DNA of 55,894 bases, the filler included, from Basidioascus undulatus (Eukaryota), in NCBI GenBank assembly GCA_000826855.1. It is 3 parts of 3 records of this genome, joined end to end, with 100 filler letters (N's around TTAATTAATTAA, not from the genome) between each part and the next. Parts side by side here need not be neighbours in the genome. Positions count along the whole stretch, not along the records: positions 18,687 to 37,248 come from JTLS01000457.1; positions 37,349 to 55,894 come from JTLS01000458.1; 1 more part is not named here. The stretch is one strand, 5' to 3'. The notes below the pieces were generated by a model, which saw nothing but the letters and a program-made list of their open reading frames with translations, did not search any database and was not told where the DNA came from. Shown here one piece after another: positions 29,489 to 40,952 of this stretch (within the stretch, counting starts at the first letter, position 1; each line of letters starts with the position of its first letter). The position numbers and the translations under genes are program-made.

Positions 29489-30748
29489 GGTGCCGGTGCG
29501 GCAGGGAGGGGTGTGGGTGAGAAGGGAAGGCTGGGGAGGTTCAGAGGTGTAAGCGGGGGGGTGTAAGGGTTATTAAGGGGGATAATCCCCGGATTACGGA
29601 GGTTAGGACGGTTTGGATGGGACGAGCAGGAGGGGAAGAGGACAAGGAATAAGGCTCAGCGAGGAGGTGTGTTCCCAGATCGGAAGAGAGAGCCTCCGGC
29701 CGGCTCAGCGGCCCGGGAGCGCGGAGGGGCCAGGCAGTCCGCGGACCTGCCGGGGTGAACCCGCTGCAGTTTCATTGTTTTGCTGGAAGTTGGCTAATAA
29801 GAAGGCAATCGCAGTTTGTGAGAGAGCAAACTTCTTTAACACGAGTTCAGAAACAGTGGAGAACCATCAATATCTTGACGCGGGTGGTACTTGCTGCATA
29901 GGTAAAGCCAGCTCGGGCTCGCCAGGCTAGAGGCAATCGACCTGAGGATAGAATAATACCACACATCGATTCCGGCGGTCTCAAAGTGTTTGTAAAATTG
30001 AGGAATCACATTGTGGAAAGGTGCCTTTCCGAAGCATGAGATATATTCTTTGATAGAGGGTGGTTTTGCAGGCTGTGGCGACGGCCTTGGTTGCCAACAA
30101 GGTCGCAAAGTCAGTCCGATCGTTTGCAGTTTTAAGCCGATTCGGAAGAAGAAGGCATTCACGGACACTTAGAGTTTAAATCAGAGTTCTGATTCAACAA
30201 GGGCTTTTGTGAGCTATAAACCGCGCTGTATGAGCTGGCTTCGAACCGTTGCTTGAGCGTGTGCTGCTTATCCTCCCCGGACCTGACTTGATAGGCCTAG
30301 TCGAAAATCCCATCGAAGGCTCACAGAAGCACGCCTTACAGATAAGATCACTGTCAATGTTTGTAACTGATGAGTGGCAATCGCTATGCTACCTTTCAGG
30401 CTCGGAGACAGGTTGAAACCCGTCGGATGTTGTTGCCTAGATGATCATCAACTATCATCGAGATCTCCGTCAGTCTCTGCATCCGCTCAGAGCGGACATG
30501 AATTCATGGTCAAGCGGAGAGTTGGTCGCAACTGTTTACCATACAACAAACATTTCTTGAACTTGGCAGACAGGTTGCCAGCAGGGAAGTGCGACGCTTG
30601 ATTGTCGGCAAGCATCTCCCGAAAGTGTTCACGTGTGCACCTCCATCCATGGCCGGTCGACCGGAAGCGAAATACTCATGCCTTCGAGATAGCATGCAGC
30701 AACCTCTGAACACATCCACGACAACTGCAACCCTCAAGCCTAGAAACC

Positions 30749-33145
30749 ATGGCCGCCCGCATTATCCATTCCCCCTACCTCTCGATCCCCCTCCCGAAGC
30801 GTTCCATCCACGCCCTCATCTTCACCGAGCCCCTCCCGCTCCCCAACCACCCAGCCCTCATCGACGGCCTCACGGGGAAGACGATCACACACGCCGAGCT
30901 CCATTCTGCTTCGCTACAGCTCGCGTGGGGCTTGCGCGAGCAGCTGGGGATTAAGAGGGGCGAGACGATGCTCGTGCTCAGCCCGAACAGCCTCGACTTC
31001 GCGATTGCGATCTTCGGCGCGCTCGCTGCGGGCGTGCGGGTCAGTCCGGCCAATTCATCGTAGTGGGTCTAATGAAGCAATACTTGTTCAAATTTCATAC
31101 TAACGATGTTTGCAGTTCCCCGACCGAGCTGGCGCATCAGCTCACAGACTGCAATGCGACCCTGATCTTCGCCCACCCTTCGCTGCTCCCGACGCTCAAA
31201 GACGCACTCATCATCACCCCATCTCCACCTCCGGCCTCTCAACTTTTCTCCCTTTCCCCCGCATCGCACTGGACGACTCTTCCCTCCTATACGACTCTCA
31301 TGCGCCCTGGCCGCGAGCGACCGGCAGAGAAGTTCGACGGTGAGGACGCGCACGAGACTGCGTTTCTTTGCTACAGCTCGGGAACTGTAAGAGTTTTCTA
31401 AAACTTTTCTTAGAATTATTAGGCACGGGGGCTGAGCTTATTTCTGCAGACGGGGCGCAGCAAAGGCGTTGAAACAACCCACTTCAACGTCGTGTCTGAC
31501 CTGCTGATTGTTCAGAATCGCGGGTTCCCGCCTGTGTCGCCTGGTGACGTTCAGATTGGGTTTCTTGTGAGTTTGCTTGAGTTTCGCCTTATAGCAACTT
31601 CCTAAACTGAGGAATCGTCCGTTCGATTCTCGCAGCCGATGTTTCACATCTGTTTGTCCTCCGTCTTCCTTTCCAGCGCTGCGCACGGCTAAACAGATTC
31701 CCTGGCAGTCGGCCTCGTGAAAGTCACCCTATTCTCCCTCCTCTCCCGGACGCCTCTCGTAATTCTTCCTCGCTTCGACCCGGCCCACTTCGGTCGATGC
31801 ATCGAGCAGTACAAAGTTTCCGTGCATGCCCAGCCTTGTCTCCTCCGCAAAGTCGCCGGAGGTTTGACCCCTTTGCCTTCAGGTGTGCATGGTCGTCCCT
31901 CCCGTACTCGTCCATCTGGCGACCACCGACCTCGCAGACCGCTTCGACTTGTCGAGCATCCGGCTGATGATGTCTGCTGCGGCACCGCTGGGCGGGAAGC
32001 TGTCCCGCCGCGTGCGCCAAAAGCTGAAAGACAAGGTGACTATTCTGCAAGCTTATGGTACGTTAAATTAAATTATTAATTTGCCGAGACATCCATGTAT
32101 CACACCTGCAATGCTCACGATATAGATGACTGCAGGCTTAACGGAAACATCGCCGTGCACGCATCTCATGCCCGCGCATCTCGCGGCGACGCACCCGTCG
32201 GCATGCGGCGTACTTCTGAGCAACACGGAAGCGCGGATAGTAGACGAGTACGGAAAAGATGCCGCTTGGGATGGGAAGGCATCGGGAGAGTGCGTTGTTT
32301 CTCTACGTTGCTATGCTTCCGGTTTCATGGCTGACGGACTGTTCTTCATCCTCGCTTGTTGCAGAGTGTGGATTCGGGGACCTATGGTGATGAAGGGGTA
32401 CCTGAATCGTCCGGAGGAGACGTCGGCTTGCATGACTGCCGATGGGTTCTTCAAGACGGGAGACGTCGCGACTTACGACGCTGCGACCGGGCTATTTAGC
32501 ATCGTCGACAGACTGAAAGTGAGTCGTCTTACTCTTACTTTCCCTATCCTTTGTACTATTGGAACCGGAGTTGAAGCAATTTCTTTAACTATAGGAGCTG
32601 ATCAAGTACAAAGGCTTCCAAGTTCCCCCGGCCGAGCTCGAGGCGCTGCTGCTCTCCAACCCGGAGATTGTGGACGCGGCGGTTGTGGGCGTATACGATG
32701 AGGCAAAGGCGACCGAACTACCTAGGTGAGGGTTTACCCTGATATTAACGCTCTGTTTGGTGACGCTTACCATGCACTACACAGAGCGTACGTCGTGCCC
32801 GCCAAGGATGTCTTCCCGCAAGGTCAGGCGAGCGCATGGGCAGCGCGGATCCAACAATGGGTTGCAGAACGGGTAGCGTTTTGGGTCGCATTCCATTTTA
32901 CATATTTCAAGCTAATCCCCAATTATTCGCAGGTATCAGTGAATAAGAAGTTACGGGGCGGAGTCGTTCTGCTCGACACCATCCCGAAAAGGTACAGGTC
33001 GTTCGTTGCCTTTTCGGGAATCAACCCTTGTTAGCAATCGCTGAAAGAGGATCGGTGTGTCAGTCCTGCTGGAAAAATTTTGAGGCGAAAGCTGAGGGAA
33101 CTAGCCAAGCTTGAGGTTGTAACGGAGGCGAGGGCGAAGCTCTGA
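30749..33145 (+). CDS. 4-coumarate:CoA ligase-like AMP-dependent acyl-CoA synthetase, peroxisomal
   Basis: CYSSGTTGRSKGV P-loop, [47 protein letters not shown]; ends in AKL* (PTS1). Confidence 0.92.
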
Positions 33146-33354
33146 GCGGCATGCACTTGGCACTATGCACTCGCCGCGAGCATACGGCGCGCATTGCTGT
33201 GTTACTTCAGTTTCAAAACCACTTAAAGAAATATAATGCTTCCAGGGGTTTGTTCTGTCCCACAAGGGCTATCGAAAGCAATCGCACAACACGTCCACGT
33301 GCCCAAACTGTGAACTCCTTCTCTCTACTTCATCTCGTTCCTACAAGGAAACAA

Positions 33355-34904
33355 TCATGCACTCTCTCCAAACTCCTTCAACACGTTCCTTCACGACTCC
33401 ATCCCCCGTTGGGCGTGACTGCGTGGGACACTCGGGTTCGGGTCGCTCATCGTCCTGCTGAAGATCTCCATACTGACCCAGCCACGCCATCCGAGCTCGT
33501 GGAACCACACGCGGGCAAGCTCCACGACTGGGAGGTATCCGCCCCGCTCGGACTCGCAAGGGAAGAGGCGTGCGTTGCGCGACCACGACATTCGAGCTGG
33601 CTGAGCGGCGTCGTAGTACGGGTGGGAGGGCGAGATGGGCGGGCTGAGCAGCTCGGCGTCGGAGAGTTGGACCTGCGTAGTGAAACCTTGCCATTAGATT
33701 GTGGCATAAGGATACGATGAGCTGACGTACATAGAAGACCTTCTCGACGTCTACCGTTTTGGCCATCTCGGCGAGAGATGCAGCGTACTCTGCCTCGGCG
33801 TTGGGGTTCTTGCCGTCGGACGAGGCATTGTCGCCATAAACCCGCCCTGCAATCTGCGTAGTATGCGTAAGACGAGTGGTAACCAGGCCATTGTGAGTTT
33901 CACAGTACCTGGAAAGAGTCGAAAACTGTAGCGGCAGAAGGCTTGTCAGACTCGCTCAAATTCGTAGGCTGCACGAATAGGAAGAGATTACCCATTCCGA
34001 CGTTCGGAAGTTTCACCCGTTGGACGATGCGCCAGACCATGCCATCTTACGACTCAATGTTAGCGTACAACAGGCAGTTGTGTAAAAGTTCGAAACTCAC
34101 AGGTCCTTGTGTGCTCCCCAGGCCAAAGTTTCGTACCTGAGTGCGCCCACCACGCGGTCAGCACGACGACCTACGAGGTAAGTCTGCATGTCGGGAAGGT
34201 GGGCTTACGCGAAACGAACAGGCGGTTCTCCTTCAACCCCAGCTGCCCAAGTTCCGTCAAATCCGCTACGAGCTTGTCCTCGCCACCCGTGGTGCCCTCC
34301 GACAGCATCTACAGGAGGACGCAGACATTCAGCCGCCCGCACGCTCGTCGTTTTGTGTAAGGGGGGGTACCTGTGTAGGAACCTGGATGAGGTCCACGCT
34401 GAGCTCCTTGACAGTGAGAAACTGAAAACTATGCATATATAAGCCGGGAAGGACGTGTGGACTGTACCGAGAGACAAACCATAAGTGAAGCTTGTAAAGA
34501 AACATCTTGTGGGCATCCTCATCCAGCAGCCCGTCGTAGTTCATGAAAGGTTGCATCGCCATGATATTCAAGCCGCACTCATTCTTCCGCGCCCAGCGCG
34601 CAGCCTGCAGGATGCTGTTTTCGTCCCCGCGTTACCAGACTGTGTGTGATGCAGCGCCGCTCATTGCCCCTGCGCTGGATCAAGGTCAACAGGCGTTTCA
34701 GGTCAACAGGCGTTTCACACACACCGGACCGGATTTTTTGGAGACATAGAGAAGGTACTTGTAGACGAGCTCGATGCCGTTGAAATCGGCCTGCGCTGCC
34801 TCGGACAGCTTGACGTCCAACTCATGCACCCACGCCCGCCCGAGCGACATGGAAGGGATAGCGACCGGCGGGTCGGAGACGGGGGTGTTCACGGCGAAAG
34901 ACAT
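33355..34904 (-). pseudogene. qa-4: 3-dehydroshikimate dehydratase (qa-4/qutC-like, xylose-isomerase TIM barrel), disrupted
   Basis: AIPSMSLGRAWVH, GIEL, MQPFMNYDGLL, PPVRFAYETLAWG, MSWSRNARLFPCE, GWVSMEIFS; apparent frameshifts near 34224 and 34040; TGA at 33391-33393 after GMES where Trp is expected. Confidence 0.8.
34683..34716 (+). repeat. Perfect 17-bp tandem duplication AGGTCAACAGGCGTTTC x2
   Basis: Direct reading; lies within the qa-4-like gene (exon/intron status unclear). Confidence 0.9.
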
Positions 34905-35358
34905 ATTTCTTTTGAGTTGAGTGTGAAAATAAACGGATAAGCCTTTGACCACCTAGAAGGGGTCCGTGAATGATGGGCTGTGCATCGTTTGTTCAAGACC
35001 GATCTGCGAGCGGAGCGTGTTCATTTTTGTTTCTTTCAGCTATTGGGCGTCCACGCACCAACCGCCCGCATCATCGTAGGCTTACTTGGTCTCATGTAAA
35101 TCAAGTTTGCGGAGGAACCATCCGCGGAGGTCCGACTTCACATCGCATAGTTCTGGGTGGGCTGAATGCAGCAACACTCGTCGACTCTTCCACCCCTTAG
35201 CCTTCGCTGTGTACATCTGCTCGCGTCTCTCGCTCACACTTTTCGTCTCGCTAATCAACTTTCATCGAAATCACTTTCGAATTCTGTGTCCGTCCCTCAC
35301 GGCTTTCAAAACCACTGACCAGTCAAGCTGGCTTTCACCTGGACTCGTCTCACAGACG

Positions 35359-36462
35359 ATGTCGATGGCTACCGCCAACACCTCCCTCTCTCCTCACCCG
35401 GCCATTACCCACCTCGCCGCGCACCTTCCCCGCAAACTGCACCTCTTCGGCTACCCCATCGCTCACTCCGTGGGTCCCTACATCCACACTTTCGTTGCCG
35501 AGTCCGTCGGCCTCCCCTGGAAGTGCACGCACTTCGAGACGCGGAACCTTTCTGCCGTCGTCGCGGCCATGCGCGCGCCCGACTTCCAGGCAGGTGCGGT
35601 GACGATGCCCTTCAAGCTGCCCATTGGGACGCATCTCGACGAGATCGACAAGAAGGTGCGGCTCATCGGTGCCGTGCACACGATCAACAAACTCCCCGAC
35701 GGCAAGCTCGTCGGTAGCAACACCGACGCTTCGGGCATCCGCGACACGTTGGCCGAGATCTCGAGCGAAGGCCGCTGGAAGCCCGGGATGGTTATCGGCG
35801 TCGGGGGGGCTTCCCGAGCCGCAGTGTACGCGTTGCACGCAGAGCTCGGCTGCAGCAAGGTCTACCTCGTCAACCGCGACCCCGCTAGGGCGCGCCAGCT
35901 CGTCGACGAGCTCGTCAAGAGCGGATACTCGGCTGCGCGCGAGGGCGTCGTCGTGCTGGAGTCGGTAAAACAGGCGCGATCGCTCGAGACGCCTTTCTAT
36001 GCGGTCGGGTGCGTGCCCAACAACACGCCGGAGACGGACGGCGAGAAGACGGCTCGGGCGATCGCAGACGAGCTGTTTAGAGCTGATCGTGTCGGCGCTT
36101 TCTTGGATATGTAAGTCAGTTCGATCATTGTTTCTGCGGAGATACCGTGCGCTGACACGTCGTTTGTGCGATACAGGTGCTTCAAGCCTCGCGTTACGCA
36201 GCTTGTTGAAATTGCAGAGCCTCGAGGATGGAAGACTGTTAATGGTGAGTTCAGCCGGATAATCTTCCTGCTCCTCTCGCTGACGTACCGGCGCACTGCA
36301 GGGATCGAGGTTCTTGGTCTTCAGCTTTTGGAGCAGTGGCGTCTCTGGCTCGGTGACAACGTCCCGCTTCCAGCGAGTGAGGCCCGCTCGAGGATGCGGG
36401 CGTTGGCAACGGGAAGTGCAGCGCTCAACACGTCTTCGAGCACCGGATTCTCTTCGAAGTGA
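35359..36462 (+). CDS. Quinate/shikimate 5-dehydrogenase (AroE family, qa-3/qutB-like)
   Basis: LFGYPIAHS, GAVTMPFK, GSNTD, GVGGASRAAVYAL, YLVNRD, LDMCFKP, GIEV; two introns; divergent from the qa-4-like gene. Confidence 0.9.
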
Positions 36463-36961
36463 TTTACCATGCATGAATGTACCAAATCGCTTTTGTGGGG
36501 GACTGCATCGTGTGTTGTGTGAGTGTGGATGTGTGGACTGCACGCCTTTCGAAGCGCCGCGGACATTTGGGAGCACATCTTCCGTCCGTCGCACAAGTCA
36601 CAAGGAGATGACCATACTCGCGCAAGCGTGCGGCACCTCCGCAGCACCTTGCGCTATCAGAAGCTCAATTCCAGGGCCCAGGTATGGCTTCATGCGGGGG
36701 TTCGAAACCGTGAAGATTGAAAAATGTACGATAAAAAGATGCCCGAAGCGATTATACCAATCAGTTCAGCAGAAAGAAATTAACAGCCATCACCCCGCCA
36801 GCAGCGTTTCAAGCTTAAACAATCAGGGGTATCGTTATGCATTTCGGTCGTGATCTCCACATATAAAAAGAAGATCCAAAGTACTCTTTGCAGTACAAAG
36901 GAAACAAAGTCAGTTTTCTGTGCAACTATGTAACTTCGAGAGCAGCCAACGTCGCACTCAC

Positions 36962-37201
36962 CTAAATGTCCACGTCCTTGCCCTCCAGCCACTCCTTGGC
37001 CTGGAACAACAGCCGGTCGTGCTCGGGCCCGCGGTGGCCGGGCATGTCGAGCTTGACCTTGATCCCGGGCATCTTGGCCTCCTGGCAGTACGCGAGGTAG
37101 CGGTAGCCCATTGGGTACGTCGCCAGCTTGGCGTCGTCCAGCTGCGGCACCTTCCGCGGGTCGACGGGGATGAGCTTGTCCTTCTCGTAGAAATGCCGGA
37201 C
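36962..37201 (-). CDS. Last exon of a PEP2-like / SnoaL-fold protein (rest beyond contig end)
   Basis: [15 protein letters not shown]...[13 protein letters not shown]...KLDMPGH...QAKEWLEG matches my recollection of fungal pea pathogenicity protein 2 C-termini; unverified. Confidence 0.65.
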   Translation of the reverse strand, partial: VRHFYEKDKLIPVDPRKVPQLDDAKLATYPMGYRYLAYCQEAKMPGIKVKLDMPGHRGPEHDRLLFQAKEWLEGKDVDI

Positions 37202-37248
37202 CTATGTCGGCGTTGTGGGGGTCGCGCAGGAGATTGTCCGGACTGCTG

Positions 37249-37348
37249 NNNNNNNNNNNNNNNNNNNNNNNNNNNNNNNNNNNNNNNNNNNNTTAATTAA
37301 TTAANNNNNNNNNNNNNNNNNNNNNNNNNNNNNNNNNNNNNNNNNNNN
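37249..37348. other. Artificial contig-join spacer
   Basis: 44 N + TTAATTAATTAA + 44 N. Confidence 0.98.
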
Positions 37349-37399
37349 TGTCTCCCACCCTCTCCCTCTTGCTGACGCTTGGATGTCACCCGAAAACAG

Positions 37400-37516
37400 G
37401 ACCTTCTCAAGTCCCTCGGCTTCGACGCCCTCCCCGTCACCGTCACCGCGCCGGTCACGTCCTACGTCGCGCCCGAGCGCCGCCCGCGCCGCTTCGTCCC
37501 CGGCGCCGCGCAGTAA
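37400..37516 (+). CDS. RPS17: Last exon of 40S ribosomal protein S17 (eS17)
   Basis: After branch site gctgac and CAG acceptor: DLLKSLGFDALPVTVTAPVTSYVAPERRPRRFVPGAAQ*, typical of the fungal eS17 tail; strong codon bias. Confidence 0.75.
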   Translation, partial: DLLKSLGFDALPVTVTAPVTSYVAPERRPRRFVPGAAQ

Positions 37517-39267
37517 ACGGTTCTCCTCGATCCTGTTTGCTTCGCTGCATTGTCGATGATGTGATGGTCTGGGTGCACTTCGCGCTGCGGTGGGCCTTTG
37601 CCGTGTGCGTGCAAGATGCTGCATGTTGTCCCCCCTTTTCCCCCTTACTCCCTCCCGACGCATCGGTTTCTCGGCGTGCGCCGCACGCCGATCATGTACT
37701 CTTTCTCTCACACGCCAAAGTCCATACGCGCTCGCCCATGCTTTCGGAACTCAAGTCTGCACCGAGTGGCCTGACTTCCTCACTGTTTGATGCGTCATAC
37801 GTCGCCTGCTCACATCGTCTCATTCGATCGAAGCATATCTGATGGCAGCCTGATTGGAATCCCGCATCACCTTGCTGTTGCCCCGTCCGGCGTGCCACTG
37901 ACCGCTGACTGACGTTGTCCTTTCGTCGTCTGCGCTCCCGACTTGACGACATGATTACCACTGATAGTTGTAACAGCAGCCTGATGCCTCACCGTCCAGG
38001 GGCATGTTGCCGTTGCGCTGGTCCGTCTGATCCACACATGCGCAACGCGGACCGAAGCCAACCTAGCGACCTCGTCATCGTGACCCTTCAGCCTTCCTTT
38101 TGTCATATAGACTGACCGACTTCATCCCATAACTAAGAGTGTCTAACATCGTGTGTAACAGACTGAGGGTCTGGGCGGGCTTCAGACGTCTCCATGCCTA
38201 GTTTCCCGGCTGCCTGGACTTCTCCTTCGGGCCTGCGAAGCCCGCACACACTGGTCCCTTGGAGATGTCACGCATTCAGATTCCATGAGAGACACATGTT
38301 ATTGACTCTCATGAGCTCGATGGGGGGCGGGTGCAGCACATGCTTAGAACTTGGAATCCTCTACCTGCGGCGGGAATGAGCCAGCGGCGTCTTGACACGT
38401 ACGTCTTGCTTGGTGCTTATGTTTACTTGGTGCATAAGTTTTCTGCCTTACATTTCGCTGGCCTGAAGATCCTCGTCCACCACTTGGCTTGTAAGTGCCT
38501 TAAGGGCGGGCGCGAAGCACCATACGGCGTTGTAGGATCGCTTGATCTCAGCTTCAAAGGCGCTGTGATTGCGCGCTACTGCGTTCGGTCTGTACGTTGT
38601 AGAATCTCAAAAGATTTTACCTATTCTTACAAGGGTTGTGCGTTCGCAGTGCGTGTTAAGATGCTATTGTGACTGTGACAGCCCGAGCGTGTGGGAGCCC
38701 AGCCTGAGTACAGTCGTCGTATGCAGGCACGCGAAAGTGTAAATCTGGAGGATCCTTTGCAGTATTCCAGGTTAACGTCATTACATTGGGACCAATGCAT
38801 CTAATGAATACTTGCCGAACCAGGGTGGGCTGATGCGTTTGATGAAATCAAGTGCGCGAGTGCGACGTTGCGAGTACCGACGATGTTGCGCCTCCGCGCG
38901 AGTGCGTCCGGCATACAGTTGCACTTCCAGATCATCTTTGAATATCGAAATAACAGCAGTCCAAGGACAGAGGTTTTGCGTGGTGGCAGCTCGGGACGTA
39001 CACGGTGATTCGCTCCACAAACACAGCCGCTGGTTTCGGACGGCCACTTTGCTGCCGCCACGCGTTGGTCACCAACCGTCACCTTCCCCTCGCCAGCCCA
39101 CCACCCGTTTCGTTTTAACTGCCCTATCCGCATCCAACTCGAACGTACGGTCGTATCCATCATCTCTGTTCTCTCCTAAGCTTCGGTTTCCCTGCCGCAC
39201 TTCGCGAGATCTCGTGCGTCCTGCGAGCCGTGCATGCAAGGGCGATCGAAACATCAAGCTGATCCAA

Positions 39268-40650
39268 ATGTCTACATCCGACTCCCAGATGTCCGAATCA
39301 CAAATGCCCCGGCTCAACGCAGACGTCCTCGTTCGCATCTTCTCGTTCGCGAGTGCTCTGTCAGCTGGAGAGACCGTTGACTTCCGCGGAGAGCGCCACA
39401 GCACGCGTACGATCCAGACAAAGCTCTCCCTCGTTCTCATCTGCAAGGAGTGGAAGATGCCCTACGCGAAGGCTTGAGTCCCTCCAAAGTTCTTATATCG
39501 AGGGCGCGGCTTGTGATAGGAGCTCGCCACGCCTTTCCTCTATCGCCATCTTGCGCTTGCTTCGCCGCTACAACTCGAACGCTTCCTCGCCCACATCTCC
39601 CTTGGCCACCTTCGCGGCATACGCCTTGCTTCACACGGTCGCACTCTAAGCTTTCGAACATTTCGCATGGCCGGGCAAGAGACCTATGAGTCCTGGCATA
39701 ACGGACACGACTTGGACGCAGTCGACGCTGTCAACAACCCCACAGCCCTCGCGACCATTATCTGACTCTCATCGGACTCTGCGACCAAATCGAAACGGTG
39801 CACATTGATACGCGCTCAGACTATCATATACCTGTAACCACGCAATCGGCAATCCTTTCGAGCCTTTCATGCAGAGCCGCAACGCGAAGCTCGTTCACAT
39901 CGAAGCCCTCGAGACCGAGCTACCCCCGCATGAACTTTTTGCACTACCTTTGGGCTTTACGAATCTGGAAACCGTCGTAGTCATCTCTACTTGGCTAAAT
40001 GACGAGACTTCATATGCAGAAGCCGTCCTCGGGGCGCCTCTTGAGCTGTCATCTCCCACGCCTATGCGAATTCCCAAAGTCGTCCGCCTCGACTTCACGG
40101 TCAAGTTGGGGTCGGCCGTGCAGCTTCTCAACACTCTTAGTGGCATGAGCCTTCCGTCACTCGTCCACTTCTCCATGAGTTTTGATCCCGCAGAGTCCTG
40201 CCCGAGCCCTCGAGATGTCCTCGGCAACATCGGCTAGCACTTGACGACGCTCAGCTACTATTCGGCTCTACCGATCAGCTTGACTTGTTTCTATGCCTCC
40301 CAGACGTATGGTCACGCCTCGACACCTTGTGTTACTACATCGATCGCTCCGGGCCTCGTCCCCACGCTGCCCTCCGCTTGAGCCAACCTACGCTGTCCCG
40401 CATCCGTTTTATCGGCAGCATGGAGCTTGCCGCATTTGCTTCCAGGGACGTTATTGCCTTTTCTTTACGAGAGCGACTTCCAAACCTGCGCGAGATTATA
40501 TTGTGCGACAGCATGGCAGTCTTGTATGATGAGATTCTGTGTTATGAGATTGGTCCGGGTCTACTTGCCGAGATGGCTTCACTACTGCAGGAGAACGAGA
40601 TTACCTTCCGTGACACATTGGGGGGGCGGCCAAAGGATGTCCTGAGATGA
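39268..40650 (+). pseudogene. F-box-like / LRR-like gene, disrupted
   Basis: MPRLNADVLVRIFSFA...TKLSLVLICKEW F-box-like N-terminus; stops at 39475 and 40235 plus frameshifts among LPSLVHF/LPNLREI repeat-like segments. Confidence 0.6.
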
Positions 40651-40817
40651 GGGGGGACGGGGAGGGGTGGACTTACGATGTCAGAAAAGTAGGGCGGTGA
40701 CTTTGCTGCCTATGAATCGAGCTTCAGGCGTGATAGAATGCGGTGTGAATGCAAGGCCCTGGTCACCTTGCCTAAATGCCTTGTATTTATGACCTCAAAC
40801 AGACGGAGGATCGTAAC

Positions 40818-40952
40818 TGCAAGGGTAGCCATCTAAAGCGCTGTCCAGGCCTCTAGTGAGTGCCATGAATGGCGCGTAGATGGCTGGCCCCTGCAACAGT
40901 ATCAGTGTGGTATTGTGTGTAAAACTTTCAATGAAAGAGTGACCACAGATGA
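40818..40952. other. Intergenic double-hairpin element (possible structured ncRNA or MITE relic)
   Basis: Long imperfect stem 40818-40895, linker ACAGTA, second stem 40902-40952. Confidence 0.4.

Noticed and set aside
29836..30168. Lower-GC ORF between qa-2 and the 4CL-like gene
   Set aside because: No motif recognised; cannot tell a relic from promoter DNA
18587..37348. TTAATTAATTAA flanked by Ns, twice, as a biological repeat or target site
   Set aside because: Standard six-frame-stop assembly spacer; adjacency across it is not evidence of linkage
40812..40875. Superficial similarity to LSU rRNA (GTAACT...GGTAGCCA...CATGAATGG)
   Set aside because: Only scattered short words match with no flanking rRNA continuity; better explained as a local hairpin
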